The position numbers and the translations under genes are program-made. The notes under the pieces were generated by a model. It searched no databases and was not told the origin of the DNA. It was given only the letters and a program-made list of their open reading frames with translations. DNA of 51,360 nucleotides from Balneolaceae bacterium (GTDB lineage Bacteria > Bacteroidota > Rhodothermia > Balneolales > Balneolaceae), in contig JAASTO010000001.1 of NCBI GenBank assembly GCA_021767245.1, positions 1 through 51,360 of the forward strand, written 5' to 3'. Shown piece after piece: positions 8,726-19,163 of this stretch. The stretch's first letter is position 1. Each line of letters begins with the position of its first letter.

Positions 8726-10117
8726 TTAGTTTTGGGTATTATTTTGCATAAGGATGAAAGCATCCTGCAGGCAGGCATCTTCATCACGGCGGGTCACGAT
8801 CTCCCGGAAATTAGCTCCGTCTTCGAAATCGGTTCCGGGGTCAATATCTATACGCATATCGTCCGGATCATTGGATCGGTCAAAGTATTTTTTACCATCC
8901 ACAAAGGTCATTTCAGCCAAGCTGTAAATGCTAAGTGGGTGTCCGCTCCAAACTACCACGTCACCGTGTTTGCCTTCCTCAATGCTTCCCACATAATCAT
9001 CTATACCAAGCTGTATAGCCGGGTGTAGGGTGATCATTTTGATGGCATCATTGACCGTGGTGTTTCCATATCTCACTACTTTAGCGGCTTCATGATTTAA
9101 AGTTCTCAGCAGCTGATTGTTGTCACTGTTGATACTGTTTATCACACCATTGGCGTTCAGAATAGAAGCGTTGTAAGCGGTTGAGTAATAAACCTCAAAC
9201 TTATAGGCCCACCAGTCAGAAAATACGGATGTCATGGCTCCGTTCTTGGCTAATTCAGGAGCCACTTTGAAGGCTTCATTAGCATGCTGAAAAGTGTAAT
9301 TCTTGATACCGTAATCGTTAAAGACACGCATCAGCATTAGGATCTCATCAGCACGGTAAGAGTGACAGTGCACGTAGATCTCACCTTCAATAATATCATT
9401 GAGTACTTCGTAACGCAGGTTTTCTGCTACCGGTACGGGAGGTGTTCCACGTCCTCCGCGATCATACTCAGCTTTTGCTTCCAGGTAGGCTTCCCGCTTA
9501 CGTTTATAATCTAGAGCTTCATCAAAATGATTACGAACAACTTGTTCTACACCCATTCGGGTTCGTGGCTGAATGCCATTTCCCTGACCATGAACCCTTG
9601 TAGGGTTCTCACCAAGGGCAAACTTAATGGTACGCTTGGCTCCTTCAAAACGCATGCCGTCCTGGGTGGTACCGTAACGTAATTTCAGGGTCTCCCCCTG
9701 ACCACCAATTACATTGGCAGAACCATGCATCAGGTGAATTGTTGTTGCTCCACCGGCGAGGGCATGATAGATCCCAACCTCATTCGGGTCCACGGATTCT
9801 TCCATGGTCACCTCGGCGGTCACGGGATTTCGGGCTTCGTTGATATCAACCCCGTTCAAATGTGAATGGGCATCAATGATACCCGGCATCACATATTTAC
9901 CGGTCGCATCTACGGTTTCAACTCCTCTCGGAGCTCTGAGGTCTTTACCAATATTTTCTATGATCCCATCCCTGATCAAAACATCGGTATTTTCAAGATC
10001 ACCGTTCGTTACCGTGATCACAGTTGCATTTTTGATCAGCACAGATCCTTTTTCCTGTGCATGGACAGTGACAACAAAGGTAACTGCCATCACACAAAGT
10101 GTTAGTAATTTCTTCAT
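8726..10117 (-). CDS. Secreted amidohydrolase, catalytic residues intact
   Basis: Likely start MKKLL at 10117; signal peptide VHA|Q; PGIIDAHSH, IKFALGENP, HCHSYR, QHANE, INSD. Confidence 0.9.
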   Translation of the reverse strand: MKKLLTLCVMAVTFVVTVHAQEKGSVLIKNATVITVTNGDLENTDVLIRDGIIENIGKDLRAPRGVETVDATGKYVMPGIIDAHSHLNGVDINEARNPVTAEVTMEESVDPNEVGIYHALAGGATTIHLMHGSANVIGGQGETLKLRYGTTQDGMRFEGAKRTIKFALGENPTRVHGQGNGIQPRTRMGVEQVVRNHFDEALDYKRKREAYLEAKAEYDRGGRGTPPVPVAENLRYEVLNDIIEGEIYVHCHSYRADEILMLMRVFNDYGIKNYTFQHANEAFKVAPELAKNGAMTSVFSDWWAYKFEVYYSTAYNASILNANGVINSINSDNNQLLRTLNHEAAKVVRYGNTTVNDAIKMITLHPAIQLGIDDYVGSIEEGKHGDVVVWSGHPLSIYSLAEMTFVDGKKYFDRSNDPDDMRIDIDPGTDFEDGANFREIVTRRDEDACLQDAFILMQNNTQN

Positions 10118-10121
10118 TGTG

Positions 10122-11468
10122 TTACTCTCCATTTAATTCGTGAATAATTCCGTTAGTGATATTGTGCAGAACTTTAGCCTTCTCTTCAGACATTTGCTTA
10201 TCAAACACTGAGAAACTGGCATTCTTACCTTTTGTAATGCTTCCATGAGTGTCACTGATACCCAGGATATCAGCCGTATTAGCGGTAAGAACCTGAACAA
10301 GGTTCTGCTCACTCATTCCACTTTCTTCAAGAAGGGTTTCAATTTTACCACTCAGGTCTTTGAGTTCAAGTCCCGCAGAGGCATAACCAACCTGAATCCC
10401 GGCATCCATCAAGCTTTTGATGTTGGCGACTTCCATTTTCCAGGCTTCCAGTTGTTTGTCGCGATAGGCCTGTTCTTCTTCTGAAATCTCCTTTTTCGTT
10501 TCCTCTGAATCAGATTCATCAGACTCTTCTTCTTTCTTCATGTTCTTATACCATTCCGGAGCATCCGTAAAATCTACGCTGGCCAGTACCGGAATATTTC
10601 TTCGCTTCAACTCATCGGCTTTGGCATAGGCCTCCTTTCCGGAAACGATCACCAGATCGAACCCAAATTCATCCTGCAGCTTTAACAAGCGCTCAATATG
10701 CTCTTTTTGATCTACTTCAAAGTATAATGGTACTTCCTTGTTGATCACAGGGAAAAGAGCTTCCAACACGCGACTTCTGTCAGGTGCCGGCATTTCCGGA
10801 TTTTGTGAATAATATTTAATGTGCTGTTGAAGGGCTGTTGCATCAAACATTACCTGTCTGAATTTGGCCATCACTCCCATTAAGGTAGAAGGATAGGCTC
10901 CACTGCCCCAGCCACCCGGAGCAGTATCAAATGAACCGGCCATACCAACCTTATCAGATAACAACTCAACACTATTATGATCATCCGACAGATAGAAAAT
11001 CTCAACGCTTCCCGGAAGCATGTATCCGTTTGGATATAAAGCAGCCGTTGTAAAACCGGCTTTGAGGGCCGCTTCAAAACTTTTGTCTTCAGTAAGTAAT
11101 TCTGAAGGGTTCCTCTCCGGCTGAATGCCTGCACGATCATAGGGTGGATTACCCGGATCCTCGAGATCAGGTAAATTACTTGGCAGCTCAGGGCTTCCCC
11201 AGATCGCGTAACCATCTATAAAACCCGGATAAACATGGAGGCTGTCTCCTCCATCGATCTCATAGGCATCAAATGGAATAGTTAGGTTGGTTCCAACAGC
11301 TTCGATCACACCATTCCGCCAGACAATTGTGGCGGATTCAGTAACGGAGCCGTCGGCATTATGAATAGTCACGTTCTTCAGCGCATATGCCGGTGTGGTT
11401 TGTGCAAATACTTGCTGCACTCCCATCCCCCAAAATAACAGCGCTGTTATTAGAAATGTTTTTCTCAT
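10122..11468 (-). CDS. Secreted amidohydrolase-superfamily protein, probably non-catalytic
   Basis: Signal peptide VFA|Q; VYPGFIDGYA (no HxH), YPSTLMG, GSITKGKNASF. Confidence 0.82.
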   Translation of the reverse strand: MRKTFLITALLFWGMGVQQVFAQTTPAYALKNVTIHNADGSVTESATIVWRNGVIEAVGTNLTIPFDAYEIDGGDSLHVYPGFIDGYAIWGSPELPSNLPDLEDPGNPPYDRAGIQPERNPSELLTEDKSFEAALKAGFTTAALYPNGYMLPGSVEIFYLSDDHNSVELLSDKVGMAGSFDTAPGGWGSGAYPSTLMGVMAKFRQVMFDATALQQHIKYYSQNPEMPAPDRSRVLEALFPVINKEVPLYFEVDQKEHIERLLKLQDEFGFDLVIVSGKEAYAKADELKRRNIPVLASVDFTDAPEWYKNMKKEEESDESDSEETKKEISEEEQAYRDKQLEAWKMEVANIKSLMDAGIQVGYASAGLELKDLSGKIETLLEESGMSEQNLVQVLTANTADILGISDTHGSITKGKNASFSVFDKQMSEEKAKVLHNITNGIIHELNGE

Positions 11469-11664
11469 AGCAGACGATAAAGTTAAAGTTTCGAATCATC
11501 GAAATAACTGCATTAATTTGATAGTAATAAAGGACATCCTATCTAAATTTTGTAAATGTTATGCATAGCCTGCCATTGTCTGAGTTGAGCAGACGGGATT
11601 CTATGATATCAGACTTTAGATAAGAAGTGTAAATGAGTTACTTAAAATTGAGGCGATCAAAGGA

Positions 11665-12198
11665 TCACTCAAACAAAGATGCTGAGTTAAGCACTTGCCA
11701 GTAATTGGGATTGGGACTAAGCTCCGATCTGAAAACATCTTTTGCATCTGCCTTTGAGATCGAAACTTTAACATATCCCCTGAAGAATCCGTCTTTCTCA
11801 ACAGCTGATTTGTTAGATACAGCACCTTCACCTTCAATAGCCTGACTGGCATTTCGTAACAGGATCAAAAATTCCGGTGAGTCAACCGTATCATTTCCGC
11901 TTTCAGAAATGGATTTCCGGGTTTCTTCTACCAACTCAGACACGCCTGTTTCCAGATTTACATGGGCCTGAAGCTCTGCATTTCTGATGGCTGAGATCGA
12001 GTCACCTGCTACGGCTTCCCCATAACCGGTAAAGGATGTGGAGTCTGACTCAAAAGCTTTGGATTGATACCACGATGGGAAATCCGGTGTATCCGGTTCG
12101 GTTTGTTGAGGTGTAGTAGTGGTTTCTGTGGATGCGCAGCCGGATACTGCAACAGTTAGAGCCGTTATGACGATGAATAGTCTGAAAATTTTTATCAT
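11665..12198 (-). CDS. Hypothetical lipoprotein (LPP20-like)
   Basis: Lipobox VSG|C, PSWY motif, GYGEA...AIRNAELQA; 4-nt overlap with the upstream protease gene. Confidence 0.7.
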   Translation of the reverse strand: MIKIFRLFIVITALTVAVSGCASTETTTTPQQTEPDTPDFPSWYQSKAFESDSTSFTGYGEAVAGDSISAIRNAELQAHVNLETGVSELVEETRKSISESGNDTVDSPEFLILLRNASQAIEGEGAVSNKSAVEKDGFFRGYVKVSISKADAKDVFRSELSPNPNYWQVLNSASLFE

Positions 12199-13748
12199 TG
12201 ATCTTTTTCTAACCGGATATAGCCTGACGCTCCTTCATCATCTTTGTAACGAAGGGTTACCGATCGGTTTGAAGTTAAATTTTGGGTCAGAAGTTCTTCT
12301 AATCTCCCGAGATTCTCAACCTTTATTCCATCTATTTCTGTGATCTGATAATCTTCTCTCATTCCCCGGTTCCAGGCTTCCGAATATTTGTACACATGAT
12401 GCACAAAAATATCTTGTTCTGACGGGTCTTCGGGATTAGCAATTCCGATCAGCCTGAACCCAAGTTCAAATTCCTTGTACTCAACACCACCATTATTGCC
12501 TTCGGGTATTTCATTGGGTATTAGATTCTCTTCGTTGGCGGCTATTTCAGGAATTTCCTCAGGTTCCTGAAGTTTGAGTGGTACTTCACGATCGAAGACC
12601 TCGCCGTCCCGTAAGATGGTCAGCCTTACATTTTCACCGGGACTCAAAACAGCCACCTGTTGCTGAAGTTGATTTGCCTCGTTCACTTCAACACCATTTA
12701 CACGAAGCACGACATCACCCGATATCAACCCAGATTCAGAGGCTGCTCCATCTCTGCTGACTGATAAAATTTCGACGCCCCTAACCGTTTCCATACCTTT
12801 TTCCACCGCACGGTTGTAATCAACAGCCGCAATGGACACTCCCAATAAGGCTCGCTGAACCTGACCATATTCTATAATATCCTGAGCAACCTTTATGGCA
12901 AGATTACTCGGTACTGCAAACCCATAACCCTGATAGGTTCCGGTTTGTGAAGCTATGGCCGTGTTAATACCTATCAGTTGACCACTTGTATTCACCAATG
13001 CCCCACCGCTATTCCCTTTGTTGATGGCTGCATCTGTTTGAATGAAGCTCTCTATACGCATTCTGTCATTAATGATCTGAACATCCCGGCTTAGTGCGCT
13101 GACAATACCGGCCGTTACAGTAGAGCGTAACCGGAATGGATTTCCTATAGCTAACACCCATTCACCCACGTCGATCGTTTCTGAATCACCAACGGTCACT
13201 TTTGGGAGGCCTGTCCCTTTGATCTTAATGACCGCCAGGTCAGTGCTGGTATCAAAACCAACCATTTGTGCCGGATATTCCCGTTTGTCACTCAGAACCA
13301 CATTCAGGCCATTTTCAACAGCCCCTTCTACCACGTGGTGATTAGTCAGGATATAACCATCAGAGGTGATCAAAACTCCGGAGCCAACCGTTCGTGCTCG
13401 CTGAGGCATCAACCGATCCCAGATACTTTCATCGTCTTCCAGGTCTTCTTCCTCGAACCGATGATTTTCATCATTAGGAATAGTTCCCTCAATTGGGACG
13501 ATCGCTTCGATATATACTACCGTAGGCGTAACCTCTTCCGCGATCTTACGGAATAGGAAACGGGCATCAGAGTTTTCAAGGGCTTCATCACTGATAAATG
13601 GATCGGTACTTCGGTTGATCTCAGTCACCCGCACTTCTGATAATGGAGCAAGTTCTTTGTTTATAGAATACAGTGCGATCAAAGTGCCTATGGTGACACC
13701 TATCATCAGCAATAAAATTCCTGTAAGGATCAGATCTTTTCGTTTCAT
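12195..13748 (-). CDS. HtrA/DegP (Do family) serine protease with two PDZ domains
   Basis: N-terminal TM segment; triad TNHHV, TDLAV, GNSGG; IQTDAAIN; PDZ-like C-terminus. Confidence 0.93.
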   Translation of the reverse strand: MKRKDLILTGILLLMIGVTIGTLIALYSINKELAPLSEVRVTEINRSTDPFISDEALENSDARFLFRKIAEEVTPTVVYIEAIVPIEGTIPNDENHRFEEEDLEDDESIWDRLMPQRARTVGSGVLITSDGYILTNHHVVEGAVENGLNVVLSDKREYPAQMVGFDTSTDLAVIKIKGTGLPKVTVGDSETIDVGEWVLAIGNPFRLRSTVTAGIVSALSRDVQIINDRMRIESFIQTDAAINKGNSGGALVNTSGQLIGINTAIASQTGTYQGYGFAVPSNLAIKVAQDIIEYGQVQRALLGVSIAAVDYNRAVEKGMETVRGVEILSVSRDGAASESGLISGDVVLRVNGVEVNEANQLQQQVAVLSPGENVRLTILRDGEVFDREVPLKLQEPEEIPEIAANEENLIPNEIPEGNNGGVEYKEFELGFRLIGIANPEDPSEQDIFVHHVYKYSEAWNRGMREDYQITEIDGIKVENLGRLEELLTQNLTSNRSVTLRYKDDEGASGYIRLEKDQ

Positions 13749-13754
13749 AATAAA

Positions 13755-14489
13755 TCAGATTAATAGCATCTGTTCGAAGATAGAATCAGATTTTCGCTCC
13801 TGGTATCCTTCAATATGATATTTAAAATATACATCCAAATGATGAACAAGTTGTTTCAACTCTCCGTTGCCAAAATGAACGTCAAATATTTTACTGTTTC
13901 TGCCAGCCATAGCCAAGACCATAAATTGTGTTTGGGCAACTGTTAGTTTATAAGATAATTCATCCTCAGAATGTTCCGAGAGATTACCGCTCGATATGTT
14001 GAGGTATGCATTTACAGGAATTTCTTCCATGCTGCTCACCAGACCAAAACCAATAATATCGGCTAACCTGATCTGCACGTACGCAAAAAGCGAGGCATAA
14101 GTTTCTTCCGAGCTGCCAAGCCACTTTATGAAGGTCATAACAAAATCAAAGACCGGTTCATTTACTTCATGTTCATGAACTACCTGTGATATTAACTCAA
14201 GGGTGGCATATAAAATTGCTGTCTTTTCCAGATCGGTTCTGAAACTTTGATCTGAATAGTAAATGGAAGCTTCTGTCAGGGTTTGAACTCCACGTGATTG
14301 TTTATAATAGTAAACTACATCCATTACGGCCCCGGTTTCCAGAATCCCGGCCAGCTTATTTTTTGGCTTTTTTGCCCCCTTGGCAATGAGTGCGATCTTT
14401 CCGTGCTCTTCAGACAGAACCGTAATTATCTTACTTGATTCCTGATAATCTATGACCCTTAAAATAATTGCTTTGGTGTGTACGATCAT
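13755..14489 (-). CDS. recO: DNA repair protein RecO
   Basis: AIILRVIDYQESSKIITVLSEEHGKIALIAKGAKKPK N-terminal OB fold; 244 aa. Confidence 0.93.
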   Translation of the reverse strand: MIVHTKAIILRVIDYQESSKIITVLSEEHGKIALIAKGAKKPKNKLAGILETGAVMDVVYYYKQSRGVQTLTEASIYYSDQSFRTDLEKTAILYATLELISQVVHEHEVNEPVFDFVMTFIKWLGSSEETYASLFAYVQIRLADIIGFGLVSSMEEIPVNAYLNISSGNLSEHSEDELSYKLTVAQTQFMVLAMAGRNSKIFDVHFGNGELKQLVHHLDVYFKYHIEGYQERKSDSIFEQMLLI

Positions 14490-14977
14490 GTCTCAATGAA
14501 CTCAATCCTGAAATTAAAGTAAATATCGAGCCTTTCCTTCAACACATCGAAAATTTCATAAACCTCTTCGAGTTCCTCATTTTCTGCTTTCACTATGCGA
14601 ACGTAACCATTTTTGGTGAGCAGGTCTAACGTAAACCACTCGGTTGGCTTCATGCCTTTTCCAAATAAAGCCCGACCGCTGTCCATATTCGAAAGTAAAA
14701 TTTCATCGATCTCACCGAATCCCAAGGTCTGAATTTTTAAACGAAAGTAACCGAAGAATTTGTAGTACTTGGTAAGCGTGTAGCTATCAGTATCGAATTC
14801 AAATTCATACCGTGAAAAGATCTTCTGCAGCACCGCAAAAGCAAAAATGAAAAAGAACAGAGCAAACACAAACCCAAGTATAAAACTCGAAAAAAAGAGC
14901 AGGAAGTCGATCAGTGTGAAACTGGATTCAACTCCCAGAAATACAATATTACGGTCTTTATGCAGGTCGTAATTCAA
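14486..14977 (-). CDS. Hypothetical membrane protein
   Basis: Long Phe-rich hydrophobic segment. TTG at 14977 preferred over the track start (15064), which overlaps the upstream gene; 4-nt overlap with recO. Confidence 0.6.
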   Translation of the reverse strand: MNYDLHKDRNIVFLGVESSFTLIDFLLFFSSFILGFVFALFFFIFAFAVLQKIFSRYEFEFDTDSYTLTKYYKFFGYFRLKIQTLGFGEIDEILLSNMDSGRALFGKGMKPTEWFTLDLLTKNGYVRIVKAENEELEEVYEIFDVLKERLDIYFNFRIEFIET

Positions 14978-15006
14978 TGAGTAGCTTTGCTCTTGGTCAC
15001 TGTTCT

Positions 15007-16638
15007 CTATGTTTGAATGACACCGGTTTTGAATTCCTCGATCTCCGGATTCAGGTTGGCACAACTGATGGCTTTGGAAATGCGATCACGCGTTTCAAGG
15101 GGATTGATGATCCCATCTACCCACAAACGTGAGGCGGCGTATCGGACATCCGTCTGATGGTCGTAGCGATCACTGATCTCTTTCATGATCTTTTCCTGTT
15201 CCTCTTCACTGACTTCCTTGCCTTTCTTCTTCATCGCAGCTACCTGTATTTGCATCAAAGTTTTTGAAGCAGATGCCCCACTCATAACTGCGATCTTGGC
15301 CGTTGGCCATGCATACATGAACCGTGGATCATACGCCCGGCCACACATGGCATAGTTTCCCGCACCGTAGCTGTTACCGGTCACAATGGTGATCTTTGGT
15401 ACGGTACTGTTACTCATGGCGTTCACCATTTTGGCTCCATCCTTGATGATCCCGCCGTGTTCACTGCGCTTGCCTATCATAAAACCGGTCACATCCTGAA
15501 AGAAGATCAATGGAATTTTCTTCTGATTGCAATTCATGATGAACCGGGCAGCTTTATCAGCACTGTCTGAATAGATCACTCCGCCGATCTGCATCTCTCC
15601 CTGCTTGGTCCGGTTGATATTTCGCTGATTAGCAACGATCCCAACGCTCCAGCCATCAATCCGGGCATAACCGGTGATCAATGTTTGCCCATATCCTTTC
15701 TTAAATTCGGTAAAGCTGTCTTCATCAACGATACAATCCAGAATGTCGTATGTGTCATAGGGGCTGGTTCGTGATTCAGGAAGAATATCAAAGATATCAC
15801 TGGCCGGACGTTTAGGGTCTTTTGCTTCCTTGCGATTGAATCCTGCGGTCTCAAATGGCCCAAGCTTATCAACCAGGTCCCGTATAGTGGCCAGGCATTC
15901 TTCGTCATCTTCCATTTTATAATCGGTTACGCCAGAGATCTCGGTATGTGTGGTAGCCCCTCCCAGGGTTTCATTATCCACGTCTTCACCAATGGCAGCT
16001 TTCACCAGGTAACTTCCAGCCAGAAATACACTCCCGGTTCCATCCACGATCAGCGCTTCATCACTCATAATAGGCAGATATGCTCCGCCGGCCACGCAGC
16101 TTCCCATGATCGCTGCGATCTGAGGAATGCCTTTAGCGGATATCACCGCATTATTTCTGAACATTCTCCCAAAGTGATCTTTATCCGGAAAGATCTCATC
16201 CTGCATAGGCAGAAATACACCGGCAGAATCCACCAAATAGATCAATGGAATATGGTTTTCAATGGCGATCTCCTGCGCTCTCAAATTCTTTTTGGCTGTG
16301 ATCGGGAACCAGGCTCCGGCTTTCACTGTGGCGTCGTTCGCAACGATCATGCATTTACGTCCACTTACCTCTCCAATTCCGGTGATCACACCACCTGCAG
16401 GACATCCCCCCTGCTCTTCGTACATTTCATATCCGGCCCAAAGACCAAGTTCGTAGAAATCTGAGTCTTCATCAGTGAGAAGTTTTATGCGTTCTCTGGC
16501 TGTTAACTTACCTTTACCGTGTTCCCTATCAATGCGTTTCTGACCTCCACCCAGTTTGATCTGACCTTCAATTTCTCCAAATTCCTCGATTAGTTGGTGA
16601 AGCCAGTTTTTGGTAGCGCTTCCGGTTGATGTACTCAT
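15007..16638 (-). CDS. Acyl-CoA carboxylase carboxyltransferase (beta) subunit, methylcrotonyl-CoA carboxylase-like
   Basis: GKLTARERI, ANDATVKAG, YLVDSAG, GSCVAGGAY, QDVTGFMIG, SYGAGNYAMCGRAYDPRF. Confidence 0.92.
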   Translation of the reverse strand: MSTSTGSATKNWLHQLIEEFGEIEGQIKLGGGQKRIDREHGKGKLTARERIKLLTDEDSDFYELGLWAGYEMYEEQGGCPAGGVITGIGEVSGRKCMIVANDATVKAGAWFPITAKKNLRAQEIAIENHIPLIYLVDSAGVFLPMQDEIFPDKDHFGRMFRNNAVISAKGIPQIAAIMGSCVAGGAYLPIMSDEALIVDGTGSVFLAGSYLVKAAIGEDVDNETLGGATTHTEISGVTDYKMEDDEECLATIRDLVDKLGPFETAGFNRKEAKDPKRPASDIFDILPESRTSPYDTYDILDCIVDEDSFTEFKKGYGQTLITGYARIDGWSVGIVANQRNINRTKQGEMQIGGVIYSDSADKAARFIMNCNQKKIPLIFFQDVTGFMIGKRSEHGGIIKDGAKMVNAMSNSTVPKITIVTGNSYGAGNYAMCGRAYDPRFMYAWPTAKIAVMSGASASKTLMQIQVAAMKKKGKEVSEEEQEKIMKEISDRYDHQTDVRYAASRLWVDGIINPLETRDRISKAISCANLNPEIEEFKTGVIQT

Positions 16639-16752
16639 AAACAGGTGAATTTTACTTTTATAATGATTAATGAAATGGTGCGTTGAAAATAGGGATTATA
16701 TTTAATCAGTAAACCCCGATATTCAATAAATTCATTCAAAAGGTTTTAAAGT

Positions 16753-18114
16753 ATGTATAAGTATATTGCAGTGCTGTTGGTCTTTCTTGGGATATCTCAT
16801 TCTACCATGGCTCAAAGAGTCTCTTATCCCCAATTGGTGAACCGGTCTGAAATTCCGCAGATATTTATTAACGACATGGTTATACCTAATAGTGACAGTA
16901 GTTCAACGCTAATGTTTTCTTTTCGGTTCAACTACGACTTCATTCCTTTCAGAAGAGTACAAGTCTCTGAGATCAGTCAGGCTCCTGAAAATGCGGAGTA
17001 TTACTCTACACTCCGTTTCAGTGCTGAGGTATTTGAGGGTACCATAAAGAAACGAAACAGCCCTGCCACAAATACCGCCGGCAGAGATACCTGGACCGAT
17101 ACCCTTTTTGTTGAAAATTTTGAAGCAACACAGACCAATAAACAATATGCATCCGGTGCACTGACTGCAACACTTGAACCGGGTACCTATAATTACGTGC
17201 TACAGCTTTCCATGCTGCAGGAAATTAATGAACGAAGTACCCAACGCAGGGAGATCAAAGTCCCTGCGCTCTCCGGAAAGGATAAAGGAGAGATCTACCT
17301 TGTGCGTTCAGTAAATGAAACTCCAACAGGTACTGAATTCCTGCTGATGAATATGGAAGACAATATTGAATTTGGAAAAGATTTTACAGCCCTGGTAAGA
17401 TTACCAAAGTATGATCCGGATAAAAATTACTCTGTTGAAGTTCGGAAAGCATCTGAAGACCGGAATTCAGATCCTGTATACGAAAATGAGATTTCGAACG
17501 AGCTATTTTTTACCAATTCCTCTCTGAGTATCCATAAAGATACAGACCCTGCATTGATCCTGAACGAATCAGGAACCTTCACCTATGCCGTGATCCCCAT
17601 CCCCTCCAGTCAATTTGACAATTCCAGTTACACTCTTACACTCAATGACACTAAAACTGACAGCGCCGTGGCAGAACGTAAGTTTCAAACCTACTGGCAG
17701 GATATGCCGGCCAGCTTGTATAACCTTGATATCGCCATCAACATGTTGAAATTCATTTTGCCGGAAGATGAAGTTGAGCAACTTGGACGGGGCTCAGACA
17801 AGCAAAAAGAACAAAAATTCAGGGAATTCTGGGATAGCCGTGACCCTACCCCAAATACGGTGTTTAATGAGTTGATGGCTGAATATTACCGTAGAATAGA
17901 TCATGCCTTTAAAGAGTTTGGAAGCCAGCAGGAACCCATGGGGCATGAAAGTGACCGTGGAGAGATCTACATAAAATTTGGCCCGCCAAATTCAAAAGAG
18001 AGAGTCTTCCCTCCCGGTGGAAAGACCCGTGAAACCTGGAAATACCCGAACCAAACCTTTGTGTTTGAAGCCGTTTCAGGATTCGGTGATTTCAAACTTA
18101 TCGGAAAACAGTAA
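16753..18114 (+). CDS. GWxTD-domain exported protein
   Basis: Signal peptide TMA|Q; FWDSRDPTPNT..NE...EYYRRI..A, GHESDRGEIYIKFGPP, ETWKY. Confidence 0.82.
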   Translation: MYKYIAVLLVFLGISHSTMAQRVSYPQLVNRSEIPQIFINDMVIPNSDSSSTLMFSFRFNYDFIPFRRVQVSEISQAPENAEYYSTLRFSAEVFEGTIKKRNSPATNTAGRDTWTDTLFVENFEATQTNKQYASGALTATLEPGTYNYVLQLSMLQEINERSTQRREIKVPALSGKDKGEIYLVRSVNETPTGTEFLLMNMEDNIEFGKDFTALVRLPKYDPDKNYSVEVRKASEDRNSDPVYENEISNELFFTNSSLSIHKDTDPALILNESGTFTYAVIPIPSSQFDNSSYTLTLNDTKTDSAVAERKFQTYWQDMPASLYNLDIAINMLKFILPEDEVEQLGRGSDKQKEQKFREFWDSRDPTPNTVFNELMAEYYRRIDHAFKEFGSQQEPMGHESDRGEIYIKFGPPNSKERVFPPGGKTRETWKYPNQTFVFEAVSGFGDFKLIGKQ

Positions 18115-18155
18115 GGTTATGGATTACACGGTTTAAGTTGTAATTTCAGCTACTT

Positions 18156-19163
18156 ATGCAATCAGAAATAAAACCTAAAATTGCGATATCAATTGGCGAC
18201 TTCAATGGTATAGGTCCGGAAGTTGTACTCAAAAGTGTTTCTGCTGCCCTGCATACCTCCACTCCGGTCATTATCGCACCGGTTCAGGTTATTGAATATT
18301 ATAAAGAGCTCTTAAATCAGGATATCAATTTAAACGTCTTAAATGAAGATCTTGATATTCACAAGGATGAGGTCAACATTTATCCTATCCAAACCAATGA
18401 GCTTTCTATAACCCCAGGAACCCTTTCAATAGAAAGTGGAAACGTGGCGATGCAAGCCATTGAAACCGGGATCAAATTCTGTCTTGAACATAAGACGGAT
18501 GCCCTTGTAACGGCCCCGATCTCTAAAGAGTCCGTAAACCTGGCCGGATATGATATTCCTGGCCATACCGAATTTCTGGCTTCCTCGACGGATACTGAAT
18601 CAGTTCTGATGATGCTGGTCAGTGGCTCCTTAAGAGTTGCCCTGGTAACCACTCACATACCCATAAAAGATGTAGCCAAGGCCATTGATCCGGAACTCAT
18701 TAAAGAAAAAGTGGACCTGCTGGCCAACAGCTTGATCAAAGATTTTGGGATACCGGAACCCAGGATCGCCGTCTTTGGGCTGAATCCCCACGCCGGTGAT
18801 GGCGGAGTGATCGGCAGGGAAGAACTGGATATGATTATACCAACACTCAAAGAGATCAACGACAGTCTTGAATCGGTTCATATCAGTGGTCCGTACCCGT
18901 CTGACGGCTTTTTCGGCCAAAAACTGTATGAAAATTATGATGGTATTCTGGCCATGTATCACGATCAGGGATTGGCTCCCTTCAAGTTACTTTCGTTTGG
19001 GAAAGGAGTTAATTTTACCGCGGGCCTCCCGATCATCAGAACCTCTCCGGATCACGGAACGGCCTTTAATATTGCCGGAAAAGGTGTGGCCAATCCTTCC
19101 TCATTTAAAGAAGCCTACGATCTGGCTGTAGAACTTTCAAATAAGAAACTGCGTGAAGACTGA
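18156..19163 (+). CDS. pdxA: 4-hydroxythreonine-4-phosphate dehydrogenase
   Basis: GDFNGIGPE, TAPISK, GHTEFLA, GLNPHAGD, AMYHDQG, RTSPDHGTAF. Confidence 0.96.
   Translation: MQSEIKPKIAISIGDFNGIGPEVVLKSVSAALHTSTPVIIAPVQVIEYYKELLNQDINLNVLNEDLDIHKDEVNIYPIQTNELSITPGTLSIESGNVAMQAIETGIKFCLEHKTDALVTAPISKESVNLAGYDIPGHTEFLASSTDTESVLMMLVSGSLRVALVTTHIPIKDVAKAIDPELIKEKVDLLANSLIKDFGIPEPRIAVFGLNPHAGDGGVIGREELDMIIPTLKEINDSLESVHISGPYPSDGFFGQKLYENYDGILAMYHDQGLAPFKLLSFGKGVNFTAGLPIIRTSPDHGTAFNIAGKGVANPSSFKEAYDLAVELSNKKLRED

Noticed and set aside
14978-15064. N-terminal extension of the membrane protein in the ORF track
   Set aside because: Overlaps the carboxyltransferase 3' end by 58 nt; TTG at 14977 gives a non-overlapping start.
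15946-16464. 172-aa antisense ORF, and many similar 60-165 aa antisense or off-frame ORFs across the window
   Set aside because: All lie within well-supported genes and show no motifs; expected shadow ORFs.
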